Assembly (NCBI GenBank): GCA_963817895.1
Contig: CAWFQB010000005.1
Location: 480,001-544,000, forward strand
Direction of reading: 5' to 3'
Origin: an uncultured Chthonomonadaceae bacterium
Lineage (GTDB): Bacteria; Armatimonadota; Chthonomonadetes; Chthonomonadales; Chthonomonadaceae
Length of the DNA stretch: 64,000 nucleotides
Shown here: positions 10,664 to 19,900 of the stretch, piece by piece
How the letters are laid out: every line of letters starts with the position of its first letter
How positions within the stretch are numbered: the first letter of the stretch is position 1
The notes under the pieces: generated by a model
The model's database searches: none
Told to the model about the DNA's origin: nothing
Seen by the model: the letters and a program-made list of their open reading frames with translations, nothing else
Position numbers and translations under genes: made by a program

Positions 10664-11384
10664 ATGTCCCGCTTTAACCGCAAGGGGGTTCGCGCGCCTG
10701 GGTATGCGACGGCAATAGAGGCTTTTGAGGAGATCGGCAGGGCGCTGTGCGTGAAAACAGCCACCATCAAACACATGCGCGAACTCGTTCGATCCCTACT
10801 GTTCGCAGGTGCGCGTCGGCTGGTATCAGCGTCCCATTCTGCGTTCACGCGCCAACGTGATTCAAGCCTACGATGAGATCAGCGAAGCGGCAATGGCGGA
10901 AATCGTGCGCGAATTGCTCAACAACAGCGCGGAAGCGGTTGAGCCGTATATTGCCCCGGTGAGCGAAGTCGGAGTTGGGGCGGAACTGATGCTTGACGAC
11001 GAGAATGCGTTTGCGGCGCGGTTACGAACGGGTGAGACTGCCGAAACCTTCTTTATGCAGCAGTTCCCCACGGTTGCCATGTTTCAGGGCAGCAGGCTGG
11101 AAGATACGCGCAAGTTCGGCATCGGCTTCGATTTCCGCGCTTCGTTTCCGCAATCCTACCGGGCTATCAAAGTGAAGGGCGTCCGCGAATCGCATGGCTG
11201 TATCTCCTTCACCGACAAAGAATGGTCGGTAGCGCAGTTGATGAGCGACGATTACGTACTGGCTCTGGTTCGCGCCTTGGACACAAAGCCGCTGTTGGAG
11301 TTGGTTCCCAATCCCTGCCAACACATTCCCGTCAAAATGCGAACCATCGAATCCGTTTCTGTCTGCTGGAACGCGAAAGTGTGA
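10664..11384 (+). pseudogene. Degenerate DUF3883 (NO VEIN C-terminal, PD-(D/E)xK-like) protein
   Basis: GIGFDF...AIKVKG (expected IEVKG)...SFTDKEW; indel near 10785; 5' end unclear. Confidence 0.55.
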
Positions 11385-11921
11385 GAAACCTCTTTCTTCT
11401 CAAGAACATTCTTCAACAAAATTGTCCGTCTTTGTAATAAATTTTCAAAATCATTTTTGCGTCCGGCACTTCTAGCAGGAATTTGCTTGATCCGGTTGAA
11501 TAAATGTGCTAATATTATAATCATCCATAGATTTATACAATATTTTCGGCCTTCTGGTAGGTTCCCTACTCAAAGCAGAAGGGAGTGACACATACTCTGA
11601 CCACCGATACTCGCGAAGGTATCGGTAGTTATAAAACAGCACTAGCGATAAGTATAAACTTGCATACTTTAACCCAAAGTTTTCACAAATCTGGCATCTT
11701 TGCAGGAATATGCCTCCTATATCACGAAATGCGGTGTGAAGTGGTACAACCACAAACAGTGTCGTTCAGCACTTATCTACAACCCTGTGAGATCAACTGT
11801 GCTGGCCCATAAGGTTGTTTTATGTGTACATACTGCTTTCAGTAAGGGATATATATAGCAACAATAACTTGATTTAATATTAGTATACCAATACTATTGA
11901 TAATGGAAGGAGTTCTAGGTA

Positions 11922-12944
11922 ATGATATCTCCAGGTCAGAAACAGGTTGCTCTTACCGCACTTGATGAACTTAGATGGGCTAATGGCGCAAGGCAGTACG
12001 TTCTCGAAAAACTTAATCAGGTAGGTAGCGGGCAACTCACACCAGCAGCCGATGACCTTGTCTATCATTACACGGACGCCAATGCACTTCAGGCAATCTT
12101 ACAATATGGAGCGCTCCGAGCTTCCAGTATGGCCTTTCTGAATGACAAGACAGAATACAAGTTGGGTATCTCTAAGTTTTGCGAAGCTATCAACACATCA
12201 GGAGAGCCAACAATAGTCACGATCCGTGATGCAGTGCTTGCTGTTCTCGAAGATGAACACCACCAGTTGAAGCAGCGTCTTGAGGTATACAACTGTAGCT
12301 TTAGTCACGATGGCGACCTTCTGAGTCAGTGGCGTGGATATGCAGACGCCGGTAGTGGCTTCTCAATTGGTTTCAATGCAGTGGAGGTTTCACAGTTATT
12401 GTGGCCACGAGGATGGAGCTATAATGTAGTATATAAGGGTGTTGAGCAGCTTAATACCGCAAAGGTCGTTGTTGATGCATTCGGTGAATATTTCACGGCT
12501 CAAGGGGGCGTCCAATCTATTAGTGCTGTGGACTTTTCAATCTCTCTTGCTCTTGGCACCGTAGCTGCCCTCGCTCCTGCAATGAAACACTGTGGGTTTA
12601 GCGAAGAACGCGAGTTCAGGCACGTAGTAAATAACCAGTATGGGCAGCTGACCAAGCTTGGCGAAAACGGTCAAAGGGAGTCGCTAGTGAAATGGCGCGC
12701 TCGCAACGGTGATATAATTCCATTTGTTGAACTAGATGCGGTGGAAGATGTACCGGTATTACCACCGGGCGGAGCCGGTATAGCAACTATTGAGCAGCGG
12801 CGGACTAAATTGCCCGTCAAAGTGATCTATGTTGGGCCATGCCACGATTTTGATAGAACCGAGCAAAGCCTCCATGCTCTCCTTCGCCAATACGAATACG
12901 AAAACGTGGACGTTCGTCGTGCCTGTATACCATTTCTTCCGTAA
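11922..12944 (+). CDS. DUF2971 domain protein
   Basis: VYHYT, FLNDKTE, CSFSHDGDLLSQWRGYA, KHCGFSEEREFR, IYVGP; lies in an AT-rich islet. Confidence 0.8.
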   Translation: MISPGQKQVALTALDELRWANGARQYVLEKLNQVGSGQLTPAADDLVYHYTDANALQAILQYGALRASSMAFLNDKTEYKLGISKFCEAINTSGEPTIVTIRDAVLAVLEDEHHQLKQRLEVYNCSFSHDGDLLSQWRGYADAGSGFSIGFNAVEVSQLLWPRGWSYNVVYKGVEQLNTAKVVVDAFGEYFTAQGGVQSISAVDFSISLALGTVAALAPAMKHCGFSEEREFRHVVNNQYGQLTKLGENGQRESLVKWRARNGDIIPFVELDAVEDVPVLPPGGAGIATIEQRRTKLPVKVIYVGPCHDFDRTEQSLHALLRQYEYENVDVRRACIPFLP

Positions 12945-13025
12945 TAAATAAATATTTGTTAGCAAAATCGCATAACAATGTTCGTGTATCTATGATGGAA
13001 TTTTATATTATCCGTTTGGATACAG

Positions 13026-13059
13026 AAGACCTTCCAAAAAGCAAGATATGGAAGGTCTT
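13026..13059 (+). terminator. Hairpin after the DUF2971 gene (putative terminator)
   Basis: Perfect 11-bp stem AAGACCTTCCA/TGGAAGGTCTT with a 12-nt loop; weak U tract. Confidence 0.45.
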
Positions 13060-13166
13060 AAATTTCACGGAGAGTCTTAATTGTCTGCCCGCTTTGTTAT
13101 GTAAGATCATGTCCTGTATCCTAACCTAAAAATCCTTATAGGGTCCATTCAGGCGCTTTTCTCTTG

Positions 13167-13194
13167 CTTACCGTTAATCTTGATTATCGTCAAC
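13167..13194. other. Imperfect dif-like 11-6-11 site
   Basis: CTTACCGTTAA-TCTTGA-TTATCGTCAAC; TAA-N6-TTA core, arms symmetric at 7/11. Confidence 0.3.
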
Positions 13195-13292
13195 CTGCGG
13201 TTTGTGCGCTCGCTGGTTAAGAAGAGTCAGGTTAAAAATGTTTATCGACTAAAATATTGGCCAAGTCTTCTAAAAGGGTACATAACCAGAAA

Positions 13293-14249
13293 ATGACAGA
13301 CACAGCTACTATCGTACATGCAGCCAATGCTCTTTCTGCTTTGCTGCCTGACGCTAAACTTGACCCCGAAGTGATGCGAATAATTGGTGCTGAACAATCG
13401 GTTCGGACAAAGTTTGCGCCTATCTTTGCACTTGAGCAGGTTCAGTCTATCACCGAAGTTGAATTTCGATCATTTCTACCTATCGGTGGAAACGGACATT
13501 GGACGGGTCTTACTCGTCTTGGTTACCAAGCCTGTGACGATATGGGCAAACTTCGGGACGGACTGGCAATATTGGTTGATGAAACGCGGCCATTAGCAGA
13601 TCGCTATGACCAAACACTGCAAATGGTTTTCGGGATGGGTAAGGGATTAGCTACTGGAATTTTGATGGTTGCCCATAATAACCGCTATGGAGTATGGAAT
13701 GGTGTCAGTGAGGCGGCTCTCCAGCGGTTAAGCGTATTCCCATCGCATAGAGGCACAGAAGGGAACCGCTACAGTGTTATCAATGAGGTATTACATTATC
13801 TCGCTGATGCAATTAACCTCAATCTGTGGCAGCTGGATGCCATACTCTGGTGGGTCGTCAACAAAACCCCGCGGCATTGGACAGTGAGCGAAATGGCTCC
13901 GGATATGGATGAGGAAATAGCATTCCCGGAAGGAGCCGTACAATACCGAATGCACAAAACCCGTGAGCGACATCCGGAACTAGTAAAACAAGCCAAGGAG
14001 CGAGCCTTGGCTGTGAATGGAAAGTTGACATGCGAATGCTGTAGCTTCGATTTTGGCCAGATTTATGGGAAGGCAGGAGTTGGATATATCGAGGTGCATC
14101 ATAATGTTCCAGTTTCTCAACTCCAAGCTGGAGCCAGTACCAAACTTAGCGATTTAACACTGCTGTGTTCCAACTGCCATCGTATTATTCATCGTCGTCG
14201 GCCTTGGCTAACAGTTGAGCAACTAAGGACTATCTTGCAAGCGAAGTAA
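13293..14249 (+). CDS. McrA-like HNH endonuclease with an uncharacterised N-terminal domain
   Basis: FPEG..YRMHKTRERH, CECCSFDF, IEVHHNVP, LLCSNCHRIIH; alternative TTG start at 13257. Confidence 0.85.
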   Translation: MTDTATIVHAANALSALLPDAKLDPEVMRIIGAEQSVRTKFAPIFALEQVQSITEVEFRSFLPIGGNGHWTGLTRLGYQACDDMGKLRDGLAILVDETRPLADRYDQTLQMVFGMGKGLATGILMVAHNNRYGVWNGVSEAALQRLSVFPSHRGTEGNRYSVINEVLHYLADAINLNLWQLDAILWWVVNKTPRHWTVSEMAPDMDEEIAFPEGAVQYRMHKTRERHPELVKQAKERALAVNGKLTCECCSFDFGQIYGKAGVGYIEVHHNVPVSQLQAGASTKLSDLTLLCSNCHRIIHRRRPWLTVEQLRTILQAK

Positions 14250-14396
14250 AGAATAGAGCGCCCATTCTTCAAAGAGCGGCCAGGCAGTCGCTCTCTTTCA
14301 TTAATCTTGACCGCTAGGCATATTCCTCTTCTGTCTACCTACTTTCCCAAACGCCATTTTGAACTAAAATATGCCACAATAGCTCGCTCGGCGTTA

Positions 14397-14424
14397 CTAC
14401 GTGATAATCCCTTTTATCACGTAG
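14397..14424. other. Perfect 11-6-11 palindrome (dif/tyrosine-recombinase-like site)
   Basis: CTACGTGATAA-TCCCTT-TTATCACGTAG at the edge of the AT-rich islet. Confidence 0.5.
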
Positions 14425-14450
14425 ACAGAACCAGTAAAGCGGCGAATTAG

Positions 14451-14783
14451 TTATATTGCCCAATCCTGCGCGTCACGTTCTGCAAGCAGGCTGCGACTGC
14501 CAGGGCGCATGGCGTTCAGCAGTTCCGTGTCTGACATGCCCTTGCCATCGTCTATCACCGCGATATGTGATTTTGCGCCATCCCAATAAAATTCCAGCCA
14601 GATGTTTTTGGCTGAAGCGGCAATGCTGTTGTCAATCAAATCCGCAAGAGCGGTGGCAAGGTCATATCCGAACGCGCGCAGGGAGTGAATCATGGCCTCG
14701 GCGCGAGGTTCGGCAATATCGTAGTCCTGTTCCTCTTCCAGAGCCTCCAAATGCGCAGGTACAGCCGGCTGTCGTTTTGGCAT
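14451..14783 (-). pseudogene. 5' fragment of a MORC/GHKL (HATPase_c_3) ATPase
   Basis: SLRAFGYDLATALADLIDNSIAA, IDDGKGM, AMRPGS; stops before the expected DLGRFGLG motif, with no continuation found in other frames. Confidence 0.8.
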
Positions 14784-14923
14784 TTTCGTTCCCTTGTTCG
14801 CTGTGATTTATGCCAGCACTATACGGTATTCGCCCCGCGCTCCGTTACCCATGACAAAGTATTCTACATCTGTTGAAATTTCTCCTGCGCAAAAATCAAC
14901 ATTGCCGTCCTCTACTCTAAATT

Positions 14924-14992
14924 TCCTCCGTGTCCTCCGTGGTTGTTCTCTCCCCTTTTCTCCTCCCCGTGTCCCCCGTGTTCCCCCTGGTT
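14924..14992. repeat. 9-mer CTCCGTGTC-type tandem repeats
   Basis: CCTCCGTGTCCTCCGTGG...CCCCGTGTCCCCCGTGTTCCCCCTGG. Confidence 0.6.
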
Positions 14993-17121
14993 TATTTCTT
15001 CGGCGGTTCGGTGACGGTCAGCATAATGGCGGGCGTGGCGCGGTCGAGCTGCACGAACTGGCTTTGCGAGACGACGCAGCTCACCGTGATCGGGGTTGCG
15101 CCTAAACGGGCGGCGGGAGCGGCTTTCAGTTCCACGACGCCTTCCGATTTGTCGCCCGCAATGGCAACGTCCGCCGCTGTTACGCCATCGGGTAGGCCCA
15201 TTATCCGCAGGGTCACGGGCTTGCTGTAACCGGGCTGGCGCGTCAGTTTCACGCTCAGAGTTGCGCTTGCGCCCCGCGTCAGGGACAGGGTTGTTGTCGC
15301 GGTTGTGGGCGCGATCTCGAACGGTTCGCGCGTGGCAAACATCGGCAGGCCAGGCGGCGCGGGTACGTTGAAACGCGCTATCGTCTTCCATTCCCAATCT
15401 GCCGCGCTTTCCAATCCGCGTTCCACCGTTTTTCCACCCACCTGCCCGGTTCCCACAATATGCAGCGGAAACGCGGCCAGGGACGCGGCTTTGTCCGCCG
15501 ACAGAATGAGCAGCCCTTTCCCCACTCCGGGCGGCACAATACACGTCGAGGCCGTCACGCCCGGAGGTAAATCCCGTATGCTTAACGCAACAGGCCCGTC
15601 CCAACGGTCGCGGGTTACGGCCACTTCAAGCGGCACGGCGTTTCCCTGCCCGACAGCCCGTTCTCGCGTTTCCGTCGCAAGGGCAAAACCGGGCAATGGC
15701 GTTTGTACCGTCAGGCAATAGACATGCGCGGGACTGTTGCGCCCCCGCGCTTCCGCAATGCGAAGCGCGTACTCTCCCCCGGCGGGCAGTACCATATCCA
15801 GATGCGAGTCGCGCCCGTTCGTGTCGTCGTTTTCCGCTATCGGCTTGTCGTCCGGGCCGAGCAGGGTGACAATCGGATCGGCGGGCGAACCTAATTTCTG
15901 GCAAATGACATCAATCACCACCCGCTGGCCCGCCACGCCCGTAAACTTGAAAACGTCCACGTCCGGCGCGGCGACACTCGCTCCATTCCGCCCGTTCTTG
16001 AACGATTCGCGCCAGAATTGCCCGTTGACAAGGCAGGGGATGGCAATTGGCATGGCGGATGCGCGGCTGTCGTTGGGTTCCTTTTCCGTGAATGTGGGAA
16101 GCCCGGTCAGCAGGGTTGGCAGGCTGTTGGAGATGGGGCCGGCGGGCGCGTTGTTGAGGAAAGTCGAGGCCACTCCCGCGGGTTCCGCAGTGTTCAGGGA
16201 CACGGGTTGAGCCGAAGTTCTGTCGAAAACGCTACCGAGATTGAAGCCGATTGCCTGTCCCGTCGCGCTTTGTCCGGCCTGCGCCCCGGCGGGATACACG
16301 GAAGTCAGCAGGGGCAATACGCCCATTTCCAGCCGGTACGCATGGCTTGGACTGGCCCCTCCGTCCGAACTCGACAGAGTCAGATAGTAGGTTCCCGACG
16401 TTTTGGGCGTGTAGACGAGCAGCGAATCGGAGCCGTAATAGTCGTCGTTGTCGGCAACCTGCTGCCCGTTCGCGTCCCGCAGAGTCAAGAGCGAATCGAG
16501 CGGCAGTCCCACGCGGCTGGACTGAACTTCCGCCACAAACGCCTGCCCCGCCGTCAATGGAACGCGGTACACGTCCTGTTCACCGGGCGTAGCGATATGC
16601 CCGTTCACCGCCATTGGCAGCGTCACAACCTGCGCCGTGTTCAGGTCGTTATGGGGCTGCTTTTCTCCGGTTTGCGGCAGGTCGCGGCCTATCATCCACG
16701 CGCCCACATCGGACAGGCCGGAGGGCGACTGAACGCGGAAATGGCACACTCCGGGCGGAACCGATTTCGCCACCGTGATCGCCACAACGATGTTGGGGTT
16801 GCCGTCCGTGTCCAATGTGGCGGGGGCAAGGGTGGAATTGACTTCGGGCAAAATGACTGCCGTAATGCCCGGACGGTCGAAAAAAATGTTTTGGGCGTGG
16901 CGCAGGCTCATGCCGCCAATCGTGACCTGCGTGGTCGCGCCCTGACTGCCCCCGACCGGGAACATGCCGCGCAATTCGGGCGGATGCCGCTGCGCCGTTG
17001 CGGGCGTAACGAACAGGAGAACGGCGCAGGGCAACGCGCCGAATAAAAGCGCGATGCGCGAAAGCAGACAGGCTGGTTTGAAGGCTGATAAAAGTGTCAT
17101 GGCAAGAGCGTACTTCGACAT
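14992..17121 (-). CDS. Exported PPC (pre-peptidase C-terminal) domain protein
   Basis: Signal peptide, FPVGGSQG, two EKEPND/EKQPHN...D-x-D-x-Y/F PPC modules; GGAAGGAG RBS before ATG 17121. Confidence 0.75.
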   Translation of the reverse strand: MSKYALAMTLLSAFKPACLLSRIALLFGALPCAVLLFVTPATAQRHPPELRGMFPVGGSQGATTQVTIGGMSLRHAQNIFFDRPGITAVILPEVNSTLAPATLDTDGNPNIVVAITVAKSVPPGVCHFRVQSPSGLSDVGAWMIGRDLPQTGEKQPHNDLNTAQVVTLPMAVNGHIATPGEQDVYRVPLTAGQAFVAEVQSSRVGLPLDSLLTLRDANGQQVADNDDYYGSDSLLVYTPKTSGTYYLTLSSSDGGASPSHAYRLEMGVLPLLTSVYPAGAQAGQSATGQAIGFNLGSVFDRTSAQPVSLNTAEPAGVASTFLNNAPAGPISNSLPTLLTGLPTFTEKEPNDSRASAMPIAIPCLVNGQFWRESFKNGRNGASVAAPDVDVFKFTGVAGQRVVIDVICQKLGSPADPIVTLLGPDDKPIAENDDTNGRDSHLDMVLPAGGEYALRIAEARGRNSPAHVYCLTVQTPLPGFALATETRERAVGQGNAVPLEVAVTRDRWDGPVALSIRDLPPGVTASTCIVPPGVGKGLLILSADKAASLAAFPLHIVGTGQVGGKTVERGLESAADWEWKTIARFNVPAPPGLPMFATREPFEIAPTTATTTLSLTRGASATLSVKLTRQPGYSKPVTLRIMGLPDGVTAADVAIAGDKSEGVVELKAAPAARLGATPITVSCVVSQSQFVQLDRATPAIMLTVTEPPKK

Positions 17122-17272
17122 CCACGCCTGACACTCCTTCCTTATTTTGCCTACAGGTACGCTTTGGGGTATGATATAAGACATAGTGGCCGCGTTGACC
17201 CTACAGGCGCAATCCTGCAAGGAGATGGCCGCGTCAGCAACTTCAGCAGAACAAAGCGGCAGGGAGCAGGCC

Positions 17273-18383
17273 ATGCGGCGCAGCGAACAACCGGGGCTGG
17301 TGGTGCGGCAGAAATCGCCGCTCAATCTGGAATATCAGTTTTCCACGCTTGCCGACTGGCTGGTTCCCACAGAACAGTTTTATGTCCGCAGCCACTTCGC
17401 CGCGCCGGAATTGGACGAAGTCCACATGGCGGCTGCGCGTCGAAGGCGCGGTGGAAACGCCGCTGGAACTCTGCCTCGCTGATCTCAAAGCCATGCCCTC
17501 CGCAACGTTTGCCGCCGTGATGGAGTGCGCCGGAAACGGGCGCGTCTTTTACGAGCCGGTAAGAGAGGGGCTGCAATGGCAGAACGGCGCGATTGGCAAC
17601 GCCGCGTGGACGGGCGTTCGCCTGCGCGACGTTCTGGCGAAGGCGGGCGTAAAACAATCGGGAATGGAAGTGGTTTTGGTGGGGGCGGACAGGGGCATTG
17701 TGGATGGGGGCAAAAAAACCGCGTCACCCGGCTCCATTGCCTTTGCCCGCAGCCTGCCGCTGGAAAAGGCGATGAGCGATGGCGCGTTGCTCGCCTATGC
17801 CATGAACGACGAAGCATTGACGCCGGAACACGGATTTCCTTTGCGCGGCGTTGTGGGCGGCTGGTTTGGCATGGCATGGGTGAAATGGATCACGCATATT
17901 TATGTGGTAGAGCGTCCGTTTCTGGGGTACTGGCAGGCGCGGGACTATTTCCGATGGGAGCGCAGTTTCGGCGAACCGATTCTTGTGCCGCTGTCGGAAA
18001 TGGCCGTAAAAGCGCAGATCGCCCGCCCGGTCAATGGCGCGATTGTGCGCGTGGGGCAACCCTGCCGCATCTTCGGCGCGGCCTGGAGCGGCGAAGCGGA
18101 AATCTCGGAAGTGCAGGTTTGTACGGAGGGCGGTACAGACTGGCAGCCCGCCACGCTTCTCGCGCCCCATTCCCGTTACGGGTGGCGGCTGTGGGAACAC
18201 CGCTGGACGCCGCCGCAGTCGGGACGCTATACCCTGCTTTGCCGCGCCATAGACGCGCAGGGCAATATGCAGCCCAATACGCAGCAGCCCGACCGCGAAA
18301 GCTACGTCGCCAACTGGAGCATCCCCGTCGAAGTGAAAGCCGTTGAGGAACCCGACCGGTATGAAGCCGAATTTATGATCTAA
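17273..18383 (+). CDS. Sulfite oxidase-family molybdopterin oxidoreductase (indel near 17410)
   Basis: FYVRSHF, MECAGNGR, GAIGNAAWTGVRL, EHGFPLR, VKW, Mo-co dimerisation domain. Confidence 0.85.
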
Positions 18384-18403
18384 ACGCCAGAAAGGGACCG
18401 CGT

Positions 18404-19525
18404 ATGTACTTCAAGCAGATGCTCAATGATCGCTATGGCTGCGCGTCCTATGTGATCGGGTGTCAGACGGGCGAAGCCGCGATAGTGGACCCCGCTGTGG
18501 ACATCGAACCGTATACGGCCCTGCTGGAAACGCGCGGGCTGCGGCTGCGCTATGTGATTGATACGCACGTTCACGCCGACCATATTTCGGGCGCGCGCGA
18601 ATTGGCGAAGCGGCACGAGGCGCAACTGCTGATGCACGAGAACTCGCCCGCGTCCTATCCGTTCCTCCCCCTGCGCGACAATCAGGAGGTGGAACTCGGA
18701 CAGTTGCGCCTGCGCGTTTTGCATACGCCCGGACACCGGCAGGAATTGATCTCCCTGCTGGTCATCAACCCGCTTCGCAGCCCGGAGCCGTCCATGGTTC
18801 TGACCGGAGATTCGCTGCTTGTGGGGGATGTGGGGCGTCCCGATTTCGGGGGCGGGGATGCCGCCGCGCAGTACGACAGTTTGAGCCGCCTGCTGCGCCT
18901 GCCGGATTGGGTGGCTGTCTTTCCCGGCCATTTCGAGGGACCCTGCGGTAAGGGCATGTGCGGGCGGCCCAGTACCACCATCGGCTTCGAGCGCCTGTAT
19001 AATCCGCTTGCCCGCCTGAACCGGGCCGACTTTATTGAGTATCTAACCCGCGAAATCCCGCCGCGCCCGCTCAACATGACTGCTGTGGAGGCCACCAGTC
19101 GCGGACAGGCCGATATGCCCTGGGCCATGCTGGACGGAACGCGAAACGCGCCGGAAGCGAATATTGCCACTCTTACCGCTCGGCCTGAAACGTCCGTTTT
19201 GCTGGATGTGCGCGAACCGGAAGAGTTTGCGAACGGCCACATACCCGGCGCGATCAATCTGCCGCAGGCCGATCTCGCCACGCGACTGGACGCGCTGCCC
19301 CGCGACAGGCCGCTGTACATCGTGTGTAAGGGTGGCGCGCGTTCGCTGCGCGCGGCGCAATTTCTGGCGCAGCGCGGGTTTGAACAGGTTTGCAGCGTGG
19401 CGGGCGGAACGGACGCCTGGCGCGCGGAGGAGTATCTTCTGGAGGGAGAAACGACGGGCAGGCAACTGCCGCGCATCAAAGAAAGCGAGTGGGCGCATGC
19501 AGGCGGCTACGATTACGAAATATGA
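18404..19525 (+). CDS. MBL-fold persulfide dioxygenase-rhodanese fusion (CstB/Blh-like)
   Basis: THVHADH, HTPGH, GDVGRPD; C-terminal DVREPEEF..GHIPGA and CKGGARS rhodanese loop. Confidence 0.88.
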   Translation: MYFKQMLNDRYGCASYVIGCQTGEAAIVDPAVDIEPYTALLETRGLRLRYVIDTHVHADHISGARELAKRHEAQLLMHENSPASYPFLPLRDNQEVELGQLRLRVLHTPGHRQELISLLVINPLRSPEPSMVLTGDSLLVGDVGRPDFGGGDAAAQYDSLSRLLRLPDWVAVFPGHFEGPCGKGMCGRPSTTIGFERLYNPLARLNRADFIEYLTREIPPRPLNMTAVEATSRGQADMPWAMLDGTRNAPEANIATLTARPETSVLLDVREPEEFANGHIPGAINLPQADLATRLDALPRDRPLYIVCKGGARSLRAAQFLAQRGFEQVCSVAGGTDAWRAEEYLLEGETTGRQLPRIKESEWAHAGGYDYEI

Positions 19526-19896
19526 ACCCTAACAAGTGGAAAGTTATTTTTATAATGCTGGTGTCGGTGGGGGCCGTTTCGCTGGGTGAGGCGTTGCTGT
19601 CCAAAGGCATGAAGCAAATGCCGATCGGCACGTTTGCGGTTGTAATGCGTTCGTTTCTGGTCAACGGCTATACGATGGGCGGCATGCTGCTGATGATTAT
19701 CTATTTCGGCTTTTATACGTATTCTCTGAAACTGGCCGATTTCAGTTTTGTGCTGCCGCTCACCGCCATGTCGTATGTGCTGGGCGCCCTGCTGGCAAAA
19801 TATCTGCTGCATGAGACCGTGAACACAGCCAAATGGATCGGCACGTTCGTTATCACGCTCGGCGTCATTATCGTAGGACTGGGGAGCGACGGCTAA
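19522..19896 (+). CDS. Small EamA/DMT-family membrane protein
   Basis: Four hydrophobic helices, ADFSFVLP, LHETV..KWIG; ATGA overlap with the upstream gene. Confidence 0.75.
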   Translation: MNPNKWKVIFIMLVSVGAVSLGEALLSKGMKQMPIGTFAVVMRSFLVNGYTMGGMLLMIIYFGFYTYSLKLADFSFVLPLTAMSYVLGALLAKYLLHETVNTAKWIGTFVITLGVIIVGLGSDG

Positions 19897-19900
19897 TTCT

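Noticed and set aside
11472..11812. Small ORFs in the AT-rich spacer before DUF2971
   Set aside because: No RBS or motif support; the two ORFs overlap on opposite strands.
12970..13102. Integron attC site (GCATAAC...GTTATGT around a hairpin)
   Set aside because: Only the outer 8 bp and a central hairpin pair; there are no convincing L boxes, no second attC and no integrase.
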